From NCBI GenBank assembly GCA_965602015.1, contig OZ271918.1, forward strand, positions 3,424,001 to 3,488,000: DNA of 64,000 bases, in the 5' to 3' direction. The translations under genes were made by a program, and so were the position numbers. Shown in pieces: positions 37,577 to 47,677 of this stretch. This DNA comes from Salinispira sp. (GTDB taxonomy: Bacteria; Spirochaetota; Spirochaetia; DSM-27196; Salinispiraceae). Below the pieces are notes generated by a model. That model was not told the DNA's origin. It did no database searches and saw nothing but the letters and a program-made list of their open reading frames with translations. The stretch's first letter is position 1; each line of letters starts with the position of its first letter.

Positions 37577-38239
37577 TTAGGTATAACGAATTAGTTCCGG
37601 TTCATCGGGCACCAGAAGTTCGGCCTCGGTGAGCCGGGTCACCTCTTCGAGACTGGTTTCCTCGGCAATTTCCCGCAGCACCAGGCCGTTCTGGTTGCAT
37701 TCAATCACCGCCAGCTCGGTTACGATGAGATCCGCCTGACCGCGGGCGGTAAGCGGCAGTGTGCAGCGCTCGCGGATTTTCGGCCGGCCGTGTTTGTCGC
37801 AGTGGCTACTGGCGATTATTACCTTTTTCGCACCGGCGCAGAGATCCATGGCGCCGCCCATTCCGGCGACCATTTTGCCCGGAATGATGTAATTGGCGAT
37901 GTTTCCCTGTCGATCGACTTCCAGAGCTCCGAGAACCGTCACGTCCAGGTGGCCGCCGCGGATAATGCCGAAACTGAAAGCCGAATCGAAAAATGCCGCG
38001 CCCGGCAGAACCGTGACCGCCTGGTTCCCCGCGTTAATAAGGTCGGAGTCCTCTTCGCCCGGGACCGGGCTTGGCCCCATGCCCACGAACCCGTTTTCCG
38101 ACTGGAGGATAATTTCCACTCCCTTCGGGAGGTAATTGGCCGCCAAGGTCGGCATGCCTATTCCGAGGTTTACCACCATGCCGTCCTCGAATTCCCGGGC
38201 GATGCGCCGGACGATTTTTTCCCTCAGCTCAATGCTCAT
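37577..38239 (-). CDS. atoA: Acetoacetate/butyrate CoA-transferase beta subunit
   Basis: VNLGIGMP, SENG, GMGGAMDL. Confidence 0.9.
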   Translation of the reverse strand: MSIELREKIVRRIAREFEDGMVVNLGIGMPTLAANYLPKGVEIILQSENGFVGMGPSPVPGEEDSDLINAGNQAVTVLPGAAFFDSAFSFGIIRGGHLDVTVLGALEVDRQGNIANYIIPGKMVAGMGGAMDLCAGAKKVIIASSHCDKHGRPKIRERCTLPLTARGQADLIVTELAVIECNQNGLVLREIAEETSLEEVTRLTEAELLVPDEPELIRYT

Positions 38240-38922
38240 CGCGGTCCCCCCTTAGAAGGCGTCAGTTCCTCTCTGGGAGCCAATACCAGGGCATCGATGA
38301 ATATCCCGGGAAGCATGACCGAGTCGGGATCAATGTGGCCGGTCTCGACGATTTCCTCCACTTCCGCAACCACATAATCCGCAGCAGTGGCCATGACCGG
38401 ATTAAAATTGCGGGCGGATTTGCTGAATACCAGATTACCCGAGGTATCGGCGGTTTGTGCCTTGATAAGCGCCGCATCGGCTCCGAGGGCGGTCTCGAGT
38501 ATGTAATCCGTTCCGCTGATGTTTTTGCGTTCCTTGCCTTCTTCTACGAGGGTTCCCACTCCCGTGGGCGTATAGAAGCCCCCGAGTCCTGCGCCTGCGC
38601 TCCGGATTCTTTCGGCAAGGGTTCCCTGGGGGACCAGTTCGACGGCGACCGTTCCGTCGTTCATCGCCGCTCCCATTTCAGGATTGAGGCCGATGTGGCT
38701 TGTAATGTAGCCGGAAATCTGACCGCTTCTGAGGAGTTTTCCCGCTCCGTTGCCGGGGGTTCCCGCATCGTTGCAGATTATCGTAAAGCCTCCTTTCCCC
38801 TGTGATACCAGCTCATCGACCAGATTCTGCGGCGTGCCAACGCACATGAATCCCCCGAGCATAATAGTCGAACCCTCTTTAATACGGGAAATTGCCTCGG
38901 CGGCCGACGTGATTTTGATCAT
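38236..38922 (-). CDS. atoD: Acetoacetate/butyrate CoA-transferase alpha subunit
   Basis: GGF..GTP, PQGTLAERIR, TPTGVGT, ARNFNP. Confidence 0.9.
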   Translation of the reverse strand: MIKITSAAEAISRIKEGSTIMLGGFMCVGTPQNLVDELVSQGKGGFTIICNDAGTPGNGAGKLLRSGQISGYITSHIGLNPEMGAAMNDGTVAVELVPQGTLAERIRSAGAGLGGFYTPTGVGTLVEEGKERKNISGTDYILETALGADAALIKAQTADTSGNLVFSKSARNFNPVMATAADYVVAEVEEIVETGHIDPDSVMLPGIFIDALVLAPREELTPSKGGPR

Positions 38923-40184
38923 CCTATTTCCTCTCTGACGATGGCCAGGGCGCTTCGAACGGCGCGAATGCAGCGCTCCAGGTCTTCCCGGCTGTGGCGG
39001 TAGCAGATATAGCCGTGATGGTAGGGCTGTTGGAATATACCCTGGCGTATAAGCATGCTGTAAAACAGTTCGCGGCGGGCCTTGTATTTTTTATCAGGAT
39101 CTTTGCCGAAGGTGATAAATGACATGGGAGCAATCCCGCTTATTTCGACCAGCAAGTCCTCGTGGTAGCCGCCTTCCCTGATCACCTGCCGGATACCGTC
39201 CATGTAGTACGTGCCGTTCTGCCAGATAGACTCCAGAACTTGATCCCGCTCCATAATCTCGATGGTCTTGAGAGCAGCAATGTAGGAAAGGCTATTGGGA
39301 AAATAGGTGGAGGAAATAAACACCTCGCTTTCGCCCATGCTCATGATGTCTTTCCGTCCGCATACCGCGGCGATGGAATATCCGTTACCCATGGCCTTAC
39401 CAAACACCGACATGTGGGGTGTGACTCCGTATGTACGTTGGGCGCCGCCCATGGAGATGCGGAAGCCGCTGCGAATTTCATCGAAGATCAGCACGGCGCC
39501 GTATTCTTCTGCCAGCCGCTTTGCGCCATCCAGGAAACCCGGGGCAGGTTCTTCCATCTTCGCTCCCAGGGGATGACCGAATGGCGTCATGATTATGGCC
39601 GCCGTTTGACCGCCGTATTCCCGAAGCAGGGTCTCCAGCTCGTCCAGCCTGTTGTAGCCGAATTCGTGGACATCCTCATACAGCTTCCGGGGAATGCCGC
39701 CTTTTACTTCGACGCACCAGTCATGCCAGCCGTGATATCCGCATCGCAGTACTTTTACCCTATCGGTGTAGGCCCGGGCCAGGCGGATGGCGGTGGTGGT
39801 GGCATCGCTACCGGTTTTAACAAAGAGGCTCATCTGTGCAGAGGGAATCAGTTCGCGAAGTTTTTCAGCAAGGGTATTTTGCCAAGTTTGGGTCAGTGAG
39901 AAGCAAAAACCCCTGTCGCGGATTTGGGAGATTACCGCCTCATCCACCTCGCTTTCCCGGTAGCCCAGAATAATGGGGCCGTAGGCGCAGAGGAAATCCA
40001 CGTATTCATTGCCGTCGACATCGGTCACCCTTCCGCCCTTGCCTTCATGGAAAAACGACGGGTATTCGCCCTCAACGAAGTTGTACGGCCGCCGGATGCC
40101 CAATACGCCGCCGGGGATGAGGCTTCGGGCTCTTTCCAGTTCCTTTTCTGATATGCTGATGTTGAGTTTTCCAGGTTTTTCCAC
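38919..40184 (-). CDS. kat: 3-aminobutyryl-CoA aminotransferase (class III PLP)
   Basis: GIRRPYNFV.GEYP, YHGWHDWCVEVKGGIP, DEIRSGFR, FGKAM, QPYHHGYICYRH match Cloacimonas Kat as recalled; located in lysine cluster. Confidence 0.85.
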   Translation of the reverse strand: MEKPGKLNISISEKELERARSLIPGGVLGIRRPYNFVEGEYPSFFHEGKGGRVTDVDGNEYVDFLCAYGPIILGYRESEVDEAVISQIRDRGFCFSLTQTWQNTLAEKLRELIPSAQMSLFVKTGSDATTTAIRLARAYTDRVKVLRCGYHGWHDWCVEVKGGIPRKLYEDVHEFGYNRLDELETLLREYGGQTAAIIMTPFGHPLGAKMEEPAPGFLDGAKRLAEEYGAVLIFDEIRSGFRISMGGAQRTYGVTPHMSVFGKAMGNGYSIAAVCGRKDIMSMGESEVFISSTYFPNSLSYIAALKTIEIMERDQVLESIWQNGTYYMDGIRQVIREGGYHEDLLVEISGIAPMSFITFGKDPDKKYKARRELFYSMLIRQGIFQQPYHHGYICYRHSREDLERCIRAVRSALAIVREEIG

Positions 40185-40233
40185 GAGTAAGTTCTCCTAC
40201 AGAGTCTGTTATGCTCGGTACCGGATACCAGCT

Positions 40234-40248
40234 GCAGATTCCATGCCA
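40234..40248 (-). promoter_or_regulatory. Sigma-54 promoter of kat-atoDA
   Basis: TGGCATGGAATCTGC (GG-N10-GC). Confidence 0.8.
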
Positions 40249-40376
40249 TTTCAACTCTGAATGGCAAATACGCTGATTTTCCATGGATAGCGCGTCTAAT
40301 CGAATCTGTGAGCAGAGATTGAGCCGTGATTTGAGTCGTTTATGACTCAGTGAGGACTTGGAAGCTTGCCGTCGGA

Positions 40377-41906
40377 TCAGGTGCTGATTCCGTAGCGGGC
40401 GAGCTTCCGTACAACCGTGGACTGGCTGATGTTCAGGGCGCCGGCGATTTTCCGGGTGGATCCGTGTTGGAGCCAGGCGGCCTTGAGGATCGCGGATTCG
40501 ATTTCTTCGACCGCCTCATTCAGATCTGAAGGCAGATCTCCGTCGCCCTCCCAGTGGGCGGAGGAAACAGGTTTATCCTGGGAACCGACCTCTATATTTT
40601 CACCCTGGTCCGGACAGCCGGTGGTGATTCTGGCGGACACTCCGGCTGCCATGCCGGATAATCCCCGGCCGGTTTCTTCGCTCGTTTTCTCCCGGTAATA
40701 CGCGAGTATGTGATGTGGCAACTGAGTAAGATCCGCCCTCCCTTCATCGGCGAGCACCACCATTCTCTCAACGCTGTTTTCAAGCTCGCGGACATTTCCC
40801 GGCCATTCCCACAGTTCCAGGGCTCGAAGCACTTCCGGGGCAAAGTGAACCTCCCGGGAAAACCGGTGATTTAGTTCCTGTAAAAAATGCTGTATCAGCG
40901 GAATGACCGCAGCCCGCCGTTCGCGAAGGGGAGGTATACGCAAGGGTATAACGTTTAGTCGATAGTACAAATCCCGCCGGAATCTGCCCTGCTCGACCAG
41001 GGCTTCTAAATCCCGGTTCGTGGCCGCAATTACCCGGACGTCAATTTTTACGGGAACCCGTCCGCCAACCCGAAGGACTTCTTTCTCATGAAGAGCCCTC
41101 AGTAGTTTGACCTGTATATTCAGGCTCACGTCGCCGATTTCGTCGAGAAAGAGGGTGCCCCCCCGGGCAACCTCGAAGAGTCCGGGCTTGCCGCTTCGCT
41201 CGGCCCCGGTAAACGCGCCTTTTTCGTAGCCGAACAGCTCGCTTTCCAAAAGACTTTCGGGAATCGCGCTGCAGTTCGTCGCAATCAGGGGGGCCTGCTC
41301 ACCCCGTCCCGCCCGGTGAATTGCCCGTGCGACAATCTCCTTTCCGACCCCCGATTCGCCGGTAATGAGAACCGTGGAATCCACATCTGCCAGCTGCAGC
41401 GCGGTGCGCATAATCCGCTTCATTTCCGGGGAAACAATAATCACGTTGTCCATTTTTATCCGGTTGAGACGGAGCTGGAGCAACTCCATGCGGTAACGCT
41501 CCTTTTGCTCCACGCTTCTGGCCAAATCTTCTTTGAGGCTATTGAGGTCGGCCATGTCCCTCAGAGTGGTGACCACCCTGAGAATTTCCCCGTTTTGGTT
41601 AAAAACAGGAGTTCCGGTGAGCAAAACCTCCTTCCCGTTTTTCAGGGTTTCCATCATGCTCTGCTCTTTTCTGGTTTCCAATACTTGAAGGCTTACTGAC
41701 TTTTCGAAGACACCGCTTGACAGCAGTTCCCGCACATGGCGGTTTTTGATCTCAGACCCGGTAATGCCGGTTATCTGTTCGAATGCCCTGTTGACTCTCA
41801 GGGTTCGGCCTTCACCGTCGGTTACATATATCCCGTCACTCACCGAATCAAAAATAGATTGGTACTCTAACAGTATCTGGTGGTACTCTTCATTGGTCAT
41901 CATCAA
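40377..41906 (-). CDS. PAS-domain sigma-54 enhancer-binding protein
   Basis: GESGVGKE, GAFTGA, FLDEIGD, WPGNVREL, C-terminal HTH. Confidence 0.93.
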   Translation of the reverse strand: MMMTNEEYHQILLEYQSIFDSVSDGIYVTDGEGRTLRVNRAFEQITGITGSEIKNRHVRELLSSGVFEKSVSLQVLETRKEQSMMETLKNGKEVLLTGTPVFNQNGEILRVVTTLRDMADLNSLKEDLARSVEQKERYRMELLQLRLNRIKMDNVIIVSPEMKRIMRTALQLADVDSTVLITGESGVGKEIVARAIHRAGRGEQAPLIATNCSAIPESLLESELFGYEKGAFTGAERSGKPGLFEVARGGTLFLDEIGDVSLNIQVKLLRALHEKEVLRVGGRVPVKIDVRVIAATNRDLEALVEQGRFRRDLYYRLNVIPLRIPPLRERRAAVIPLIQHFLQELNHRFSREVHFAPEVLRALELWEWPGNVRELENSVERMVVLADEGRADLTQLPHHILAYYREKTSEETGRGLSGMAAGVSARITTGCPDQGENIEVGSQDKPVSSAHWEGDGDLPSDLNEAVEEIESAILKAAWLQHGSTRKIAGALNISQSTVVRKLARYGIST

Positions 41907-42052
41907 ACTCAGTATAAATCCGAACCATATTTAACTCAAATGATTCATAATTGAATCGATTTCGTCGGAAAGAACTGGGATTTTCCTCCATACAGGGCTA
42001 AATATACAGAGGTTTGACGGCAGCAAGCCCGTCTCAGGACCAGGCAGATGGA

Positions 42053-42067
42053 TGGCATGGTTTCTGC
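42053..42067 (+). promoter_or_regulatory. Sigma-54 promoter of kam operon
   Basis: TGGCATGGTTTCTGC (GG-N10-GC). Confidence 0.78.
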
Positions 42068-42078
42068 TGCACTGACTC

Positions 42079-43689
42079 GTGATGAACCTTTCTCTTGATC
42101 AGGCAGTAATCGAAGAATGCCGACGGCACGCCGCATCAATAGCAGATGATGTCATCTCTCACACCGTCGGGCGTAGCACCATCTCGGTTGAACGGAGCAT
42201 CTGTCGGCTCCTGGGAATCGACGGAGTGGATGACGAGGGAGTTCCTCTTCCCAATGTCATCTGCGACCAGCTCGCGGATTACGATGTGCTTTCAGACGGA
42301 GCGGCGTACCGCATCGCCTGCGCTGTGAAGGCCAGCGGTAAACAGCCCTCCGAAATCGCCGGTGATCTGGGCCGTGGTGAATACCTCCTGCATGATTTTC
42401 CTGAGATTCCCCACAGTGACGCCCGGGACGTACTAAGGCCGATGGTGTCTGCCGGTTTGGAACGCATAGACGAGGCGAGAACCAAACGGTCTCAGCTTCG
42501 CCGGCAGAATCCTGCCGGGCCCATGCCGTGGTTATACGTCATCGTGGCTACCGGCAACATTTACGAAGATACTCTCCAGGCTCAGGCGGCGGCGGAACAG
42601 GGCGCGGATATAATCGCGGTAATCAGAAGCACCGCACAAAGCCTGTTGGACTATATTCCCTACGGTCCGACAACCGAGGGGTTCGGCGGAACCTACGCGA
42701 CCCAGGAAAACTTCCGGATAATGCGCAAGGCCCTCAATGAGTCCGTCGGCAAAACCGGCCGCTATGTCCAGCTGGTGAATTACGCCTCGGGATTATGCAT
42801 GCCCGAGATTGCGGTGTGCGGCGCATTCGAAGGCCTGGACATGATGCTCAATGACGCAATCTATGGAATACTTTTTCGGGACATCAATATGCGGCGGACC
42901 TTTATCGATCAGCATTTCTCCCGGATGGTAAACGCCTACGCGGACATCATCATAAATACCGGCGAAGATAATTACCTCACCACCGCCGATGCGGTGGAAG
43001 AGGCTCACACCGTACTTGCCAGCCAGTTTATCAATCAGGCCATGGCACGGCGATCGGGCATGCCCGACGGCCTTATGGGGCTCGGGCACGCATTCGAAAT
43101 CGATCCGGACCGGGAGGACGGCTTTCTTATGGAGCTGGCCCAGGCCCAGATGGTTCGCCAGATATTTCCCGATTCCCCAATAAAATTCATGCCGCCGACG
43201 AAACATATGAGCGGGAACATCTTCAAAGGTCATGTGATGGACGCCATGTTCAATTTGGCCGCAATCATGACGGGGCAGAGTATACAGCTCCTTGGTATGC
43301 TCACCGAGGCGGTGCATACCCCATTTCTGCATGATCGGGCCCTGGCCATTGAAAATGCCCGGTATGTTTTTTCCTCCGCGCGCCATTTGTCCGGGGAGAT
43401 AAGTTTTAGCCCAGACGGGCGAATTCAAAAACGCGCATCGTCTGTACTGGGGGAAACCCGGCATATGCTGGAAATCATTCAATCGGAAGGACTCATGGCT
43501 GCCCTTGAGAATTCCCGTTTCGCCGGCATCAGCCGGCGGGAAGGGGGCGGCAAGGGAGCTGACGGAGTTGTGGAAGTCAGCGACCGGTGGTTTAATCCCT
43601 TTGCCGAAGAAATGACCGCCAGGCTTGAAGAGCGAAAAACGCATGCTGACCCGGACGTCCGGATTTCCGCCAAGGGAGGAAGGACATGA
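42079..43689 (+). CDS. kamD: Lysine 5,6-aminomutase alpha subunit
   Basis: YVIVATGNIYED, AVIRSTAQSLLDY, TEGFGGT, MPPTK. Confidence 0.93.
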   Translation: MMNLSLDQAVIEECRRHAASIADDVISHTVGRSTISVERSICRLLGIDGVDDEGVPLPNVICDQLADYDVLSDGAAYRIACAVKASGKQPSEIAGDLGRGEYLLHDFPEIPHSDARDVLRPMVSAGLERIDEARTKRSQLRRQNPAGPMPWLYVIVATGNIYEDTLQAQAAAEQGADIIAVIRSTAQSLLDYIPYGPTTEGFGGTYATQENFRIMRKALNESVGKTGRYVQLVNYASGLCMPEIAVCGAFEGLDMMLNDAIYGILFRDINMRRTFIDQHFSRMVNAYADIIINTGEDNYLTTADAVEEAHTVLASQFINQAMARRSGMPDGLMGLGHAFEIDPDREDGFLMELAQAQMVRQIFPDSPIKFMPPTKHMSGNIFKGHVMDAMFNLAAIMTGQSIQLLGMLTEAVHTPFLHDRALAIENARYVFSSARHLSGEISFSPDGRIQKRASSVLGETRHMLEIIQSEGLMAALENSRFAGISRREGGGKGADGVVEVSDRWFNPFAEEMTARLEERKTHADPDVRISAKGGRT

Positions 43690-44456
43690 ACGGCGATTAC
43701 AGCAGGGTCCTGCCCTACGGCGATACCCTCAATGATGGAAAGGTTCAGCTCTCATTCACCGTGCCAATGGCCATGAGTCCCGAAGCCCGGGAGTGCGCCC
43801 GGCAGCTGGCATCGAATATGAACCTCGAAGAAATCAGCGTAGTTCATTCGGAAAATCTCGGGATGGGATTTAGTTTCCACGTGCTCTATGGGCGGCTGAC
43901 TACAGGGGTGGACGCAACGCGTATCGAAGTTCCCAAAGTCAGTACGCCGGTACTGAGTTATTACCAGATCAATTCATTTATAGCCGAGACATTTCCCCGG
44001 CGGCTTCGGGTTGTGGGGGCATGTACGGGAAGCGACGCCCATACGGTAGGTCTGGACGCGATTATGAATATGAAGGGATATGCCGGTGAGTATGGACTCG
44101 AACGATATCCGGGATTCGAAACCTGGAACCTGGGCAGCCAGGTCCAGAATGAGGACCTTATTGAGAGGGCGGCGGAGGTTCGCGCCGATGTTATTCTGGT
44201 CAGCCAGGTTGTCACCCAAAAGGACATCCACATCAAGAATCTCACGCAGCTTGTGGAACTTCTCGAAGCCGAAGGATTGCGTGAGAGATTTCTGCTGATA
44301 GTCGGCGGCCCCCGGGTAAGTCACGAACTGGCCCTTGAACTGGGTTTCGATGCGGGATTCGGGCCGGGAACCCTCCCGCCGGATGTTGCGTCCTACATCG
44401 CTCAGACCCTGGGAGACCGCGGGCTGCAGAACTGGGAGGCGGACAATGGCAAGTAA
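43686..44456 (+). CDS. kamE: Lysine 5,6-aminomutase beta subunit (B12-binding)
   Basis: PYGDTLNDGKVQLSF, DAHTVG, MKG. Confidence 0.93.
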   Translation: MNGDYSRVLPYGDTLNDGKVQLSFTVPMAMSPEARECARQLASNMNLEEISVVHSENLGMGFSFHVLYGRLTTGVDATRIEVPKVSTPVLSYYQINSFIAETFPRRLRVVGACTGSDAHTVGLDAIMNMKGYAGEYGLERYPGFETWNLGSQVQNEDLIERAAEVRADVILVSQVVTQKDIHIKNLTQLVELLEAEGLRERFLLIVGGPRVSHELALELGFDAGFGPGTLPPDVASYIAQTLGDRGLQNWEADNGK

Positions 44457-45324
44457 CGGCATGCCGCTGATTATCACCGCCGCAATCTGCGGGGCTGAGG
44501 TCAACCGGGATGATAATCCCGCACTACCGCTCACTCCCGAAGAGCTCGCGGCAGACGCTCTGGCCTGCCAAAAAGCCGGGGCCTCGATAATTCACCTGCA
44601 TGTCAGGGATGAAAACGGTTTGCCGACCCAGGGGCTGGGGTTTTTCCGCGCCGCAATAGAAGCTATTGAAGCAGCCGGTGTCACGGCCATCATTCAGCCC
44701 TCTACCGGGGGCGCCGCGGGAATGAGCGCGGAGGAGCGGATCCAGCCGATTTCCCTGGGTCCCGAGATGGCCAGCCTGGACTGCGGCAGCCTCAATTTCG
44801 GCGATGAGCTGTTCATTAACTCCATGCCCATGCTGCGGAAATTCGCCGGGCGCATGCGCTCTTCGGGTACTATTCCCGAACTGGAATGTTTCGAGGCCGG
44901 TCATGTGGCATCTGCTTTGCGGCTGGCGGCCGAGGGATTGCTGCCGGACCATCTGCACTTCAACCTGGTTCTCGGGGTTCCGGGAGCCATGCCCTACAGC
45001 GTAAAGAACCTGCTGTTCATGCGTGACCTGCTTCCCGCGGGGGCGAGCTGGACAGTTTCGGGCATTGGCCGGTACCAGCTTCCCGCCGCACTCCAGGCCA
45101 TCATGTTGGGCGGGCACGCCCGGGTCGGCTTTGAAGACAATATTTACTTCAGCCGGGGAGTTCTGGCGGAAAGCAACGCCCAGCTGGTGAGCCGGATCGC
45201 AAGACTTTCGCACGAGCTGGGACGTCCCGTCGCCGACCCGGCAAGCGCAAGGGAAATACTCTCGATTGCGGCGCGCCCAGGAGCGCAAAGCTCAGGAGCA
45301 CAAAGCCCAGGAGTGCAAAAATGA
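44446..45324 (+). CDS. kce: 3-keto-5-aminohexanoate cleavage enzyme
   Basis: LIITAAICGAE, IHLHVR, STGGA, RVGFEDN; GGAGG RBS before ATG 44446. Confidence 0.92.
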   Translation: MASNGMPLIITAAICGAEVNRDDNPALPLTPEELAADALACQKAGASIIHLHVRDENGLPTQGLGFFRAAIEAIEAAGVTAIIQPSTGGAAGMSAEERIQPISLGPEMASLDCGSLNFGDELFINSMPMLRKFAGRMRSSGTIPELECFEAGHVASALRLAAEGLLPDHLHFNLVLGVPGAMPYSVKNLLFMRDLLPAGASWTVSGIGRYQLPAALQAIMLGGHARVGFEDNIYFSRGVLAESNAQLVSRIARLSHELGRPVADPASAREILSIAARPGAQSSGAQSPGVQK

Positions 45325-46355
45325 AACAGGGAAACTTTTACGGCATGCGCCGGGTTATCGAGCCAGTCGGGGTTTTGCCCCAGGCAGCAGCCCGGCTGGA
45401 CAATGGCCGGGAAATCTACCGCGACGAACTGTTGATCGATGTAGATATGCTCAACATCGATTCCGCCAGCTTCACACAAATCATCTCCCAGGTCGGCGAC
45501 GATCCCCAGGCCATTTCTCGCCGCATTCTGGAGATCGTTGCAGAGCGGGGCAAGATGCAGAATCCGGTTACCGGATCCGGCGGGATGTTCATAGGCAGGG
45601 TACATAGCGTCGGTGCGGACTTCCCGGATCAGAGTCTTCGGCCGGGAGACCGCATTGCGAGCCTGGTTTCCCTTTCCCTTACACCCCTGCGTATAGACGA
45701 AATTCTTTCGGTAAACAGCGCCAACGATCAGATTGGAATCCGGGGCCAGGCGGTGTTGTTCGCCAGCGGCCTCTTTGCAAGGCTGCCCGAGGACATGAGC
45801 GATGCCCTGGCGCTTTCGGTACTGGATGTCGCCGGCGCTCCGGCCCAAACCGCCCGGCTGGTAAAACCCGGGAATACCGTGCTGATTGCCGGGGCCGGAG
45901 GGAAGTCCGGTCTGCTCTGTCTGCATGAGGCGAAAAAAGCCGCCGGGCCTCGGGGAAAAATAATCGCCCTGGATTACGGCGCCGAGAGCCTGGAGCGGGT
46001 GCGCCTCACCGGCCTGGCGGACCACATCATTACCGCCGATGCCCGGGACGCGCTGGCGGTGCTTGCCGCCGTCGACGATATCACCAACGGAGCCCTCGCC
46101 GACTTGAGCATTAATTGCGTCAATATTGAGAACACGGAAATGTCCTGCATTCTCTCCACCAGGGAAGGGGGGCGGGTGTACTTTTTTAGTATGGCGACCA
46201 GCTTTACCCGGGCAGCCCTTGGGGCCGAGGGAGTCGGAAAGGACATTGAGATGATTATCGGCAACGGATATGCCCGGGGCCATGCCGGGCTTGCCCTGGG
46301 AGTTCTACGGGAAAATGAGATTATCCGGGAGCTATATACGAGGTTATTTGCATGA
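45321..46355 (+). CDS. kdd: L-erythro-3,5-diaminohexanoate dehydrogenase
   Basis: NIDSASF, NPVTGSGGM, LVSLSLTPL, LDVAGAP, FSMATSF. Confidence 0.93.
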   Translation: MKQGNFYGMRRVIEPVGVLPQAAARLDNGREIYRDELLIDVDMLNIDSASFTQIISQVGDDPQAISRRILEIVAERGKMQNPVTGSGGMFIGRVHSVGADFPDQSLRPGDRIASLVSLSLTPLRIDEILSVNSANDQIGIRGQAVLFASGLFARLPEDMSDALALSVLDVAGAPAQTARLVKPGNTVLIAGAGGKSGLLCLHEAKKAAGPRGKIIALDYGAESLERVRLTGLADHIITADARDALAVLAAVDDITNGALADLSINCVNIENTEMSCILSTREGGRVYFFSMATSFTRAALGAEGVGKDIEMIIGNGYARGHAGLALGVLRENEIIRELYTRLFA

Positions 46356-47677
46356 ACGATTACCGGGATGTGGACTGGCGGGGCATCGAATTATACAAGG
46401 ATGTGAGCGACGAGCAGTGGAATGACTGGCGCTGGCAAATGAGAAACAGCATACAGGATGTAGCCACTCTCAAACGGGTTGTGGAGATCAATGCTGATGA
46501 AGAAGCGGAGCTTGAGAAGACCCTCAAGCGCTTTCGAATGGCGATTACTCCGTACTACGCCGCCCTGATGGACAGAAACTACCGGCTTTGCTCTGTCCGC
46601 CTTCAAGCCGTCCCGAGGATTCAGGAAATGAGCGAAGATCACTCGGATATGGACGACCCCCTCCATGAGGATGTCGATTCGAGCATCCCTGGACTCACCC
46701 ATCGATATCCCGACCGGGTCCTGCTTTTGGTGACGAATATCTGCTCGATGAATTGCCGTCACTGCACCAGGAGGCGGGTGGTCGGCCAGACCGATCGGCC
46801 CATGACCCGGGACAATATCGCCCGGGCGGTGGAGTATATCCGCTCTCACGGTGAGATCCGGGATGTGCTGCTTTCCGGCGGCGATCCGCTAACCCTGGGA
46901 ACCGACAGGCTCGAGGAAATCATCAGCGCCATCCGTGATATTCCCCACGTTGAAATCATCAGGATCGGGAGCCGGACGCCGGTTGTTATGCCCATGCGCA
47001 TCGATGACGAACTGGTAAATATGCTGCGGAAGTACCATCCCATCTATATTAATACCCACTTTAACCACTATGACGAAATCACCATTCAGTCCAAACAGGC
47101 CTGCGCCAGGCTTGCGGACGCCGGCATTCCCTTGGGAAATCAGTCGGTGCTTCTTCGGGACGTAAATGATTGCCCCAGGATCATGAAAAAGCTCGTTCAC
47201 CAGCTGCTGAAAATTCGGGTGAAGCCGTATTATATCTACCAATGCGACCTTACCAGGGGGATCAGTCACTTCCGAACCTCGCTCTCCAAGGGTATCGAAA
47301 TCATCGAAAGTCTCAGGGGACACACCAGCGGAATGGCGGTTCCCACCTTCGTAGTCGATGCCCCAGGTGGCGGCGGAAAAATTCCCCTCGGCCCGGAATA
47401 TCTGGTGTCCCAGTCGGACCGTCATTATGTGTTGAGAAATTACGAGGGGGTTCTGACCACCTACACCCAGCCTTCCAACATCTTCAGCGAGTGCTGGTGC
47501 GAGCTGTGCAAGGAAGACGCGTACGGACCGGAGGACGGGGTGGCGAATATGCTCAACGGTAAAACACTGGCCCTCGAGCCTCGGCATCTGGCCCGGAGAA
47601 ACAGGGTTGAGGGAAGCCCTGAACCAGGGAGGACCCGGCCCTCGGGAGCCGGGGCGGCACCGGACGGCAATGGATAG
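46352..47677 (+). CDS. kamA: Lysine 2,3-aminomutase (radical SAM)
   Basis: THRYPDR, CSMNCRHC, DAPGGGGKIP. Confidence 0.95.
   Translation: MNDYRDVDWRGIELYKDVSDEQWNDWRWQMRNSIQDVATLKRVVEINADEEAELEKTLKRFRMAITPYYAALMDRNYRLCSVRLQAVPRIQEMSEDHSDMDDPLHEDVDSSIPGLTHRYPDRVLLLVTNICSMNCRHCTRRRVVGQTDRPMTRDNIARAVEYIRSHGEIRDVLLSGGDPLTLGTDRLEEIISAIRDIPHVEIIRIGSRTPVVMPMRIDDELVNMLRKYHPIYINTHFNHYDEITIQSKQACARLADAGIPLGNQSVLLRDVNDCPRIMKKLVHQLLKIRVKPYYIYQCDLTRGISHFRTSLSKGIEIIESLRGHTSGMAVPTFVVDAPGGGGKIPLGPEYLVSQSDRHYVLRNYEGVLTTYTQPSNIFSECWCELCKEDAYGPEDGVANMLNGKTLALEPRHLARRNRVEGSPEPGRTRPSGAGAAPDGNG

Noticed and set aside
38919..40184. hemL (GSA aminomutase)
   Set aside because: Same fold, but the motifs and lysine-cluster context fit Kat better.
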